Shown: piece by piece, positions 63,961 to 64,000 of the stretch
How the letters are laid out: each line of letters starts with the position of its first letter
How positions within the stretch are numbered: the stretch's first letter is position 1
Origin: an uncultured Gammaproteobacteria bacterium
Lineage (GTDB): Bacteria > Patescibacteriota > Microgenomatia > UBA8517
Direction of reading: 5' to 3'
Assembly: GCA_964568925.1 (NCBI GenBank)
Contig: CAZMSJ010000002.1
Location: forward strand, 12,339 to 76,338
DNA length: 64,000 nucleotides
Notes under the pieces: generated by a model
Database searches by the model: none
Told to the model about the DNA's origin: nothing
What the model saw: the letters and a program-made list of their open reading frames with translations, nothing else
Translations under genes and position numbers: made by a program

Positions 63961-63966
63961 ATTATA
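63961..63966 (-). promoter_or_regulatory. -10 box TATAAT (minus strand), 5 nt before ATG 63955
   Basis: The minus strand reads TTATATATTATAATACCGA-ATG. Confidence 0.3.
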
Positions 63967-63981
63967 ATATATAAATCGAAT

Positions 63982-64000
63982 ATGAACATTATTATTACGG
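63982..64000 (+). CDS. Possible 5' end of a divergently transcribed gene (MNIIIT...), truncated by the window edge
   Basis: There is only an ATG plus 5 codons after an AT-rich divergent promoter region, which is too short to support a call. Confidence 0.2.

Noticed and set aside
1-64000. Alternative genetic code (TGA recoded, as in some candidate phyla).
   Set aside because: Fourteen ATGA junctions and many other genes end cleanly on TGA with the next gene starting immediately. Reading through TGA would fuse unrelated enzymes. The standard bacterial code fits.
1-64000. CRISPR arrays, tRNA or rRNA genes, transposases, integrases, prophage genes, and toxin-antitoxin or defence systems.
   Set aside because: No intergenic region exceeds about 75 nt. 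I saw no spaced direct repeats. No ORF has nuclease, recombinase, or (apart from the ABC exporter) ATPase motifs.

Overview
All calls below come from reading motifs and aligning by eye; I ran no database search or computation. The whole 64-kb window is one densely packed cell-surface glycosylation locus. It runs off both window edges. It looks bacterial: sigma70-type -10 boxes, a few Shine-Dalgarno sites, and TGA used as a stop codon. G+C was 30-42% in three 60-nt lines I hand-counted. The gene content is reminiscent of a Patescibacteria/CPR-type genome, but that assignment is inference only.

I support 54 intact CDSs plus two edge fragments:
- About 18 full-length polytopic membrane proteins with GT-C-type features (an acidic loop after TM1 and many TM segments). 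They include a tandem array of six paralogues plus one truncated copy at 20.9-34.6 kb.
- 15 GT2 (GT-A) glycosyltransferases, five of which look like polyprenol-phosphate sugar synthases (DPM1/GtrB-like).
- 4 GT4 glycosyltransferases.
- 5 class-I SAM methyltransferases.
- 1 B12-binding radical-SAM enzyme, 1 CE4 deacetylase, and 2 SDR sugar-nucleotide enzymes (one CapD/PglF-like).
- 3 exporters: one MsbA/PglK-like ABC transporter and two Wzx-like MOP flippases.
- A few small non-enzymatic proteins.

I found no rRNA, tRNA, CRISPR array, transposase, integrase, regulator or housekeeping gene.

Genes are linked by 14 ATGA start/stop overlaps. Almost every real intergenic gap carries a -10 box (often extended, TGnTACAAT) 5-7 nt upstream of the start codon, which implies leaderless mRNAs. 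The one clear exception is a small, higher-GC gene at 35.44-35.85 kb that has its own canonical promoter, strong SD and the only convincing intrinsic terminator in the window.

The main candidate for something new is the locus itself: an unusually GT-C-heavy, methylation-rich extracytoplasmic glycosylation system. It has lectin-domain-fused transferases and no visible priming phosphoglycosyltransferase or GtrA-type flippase.
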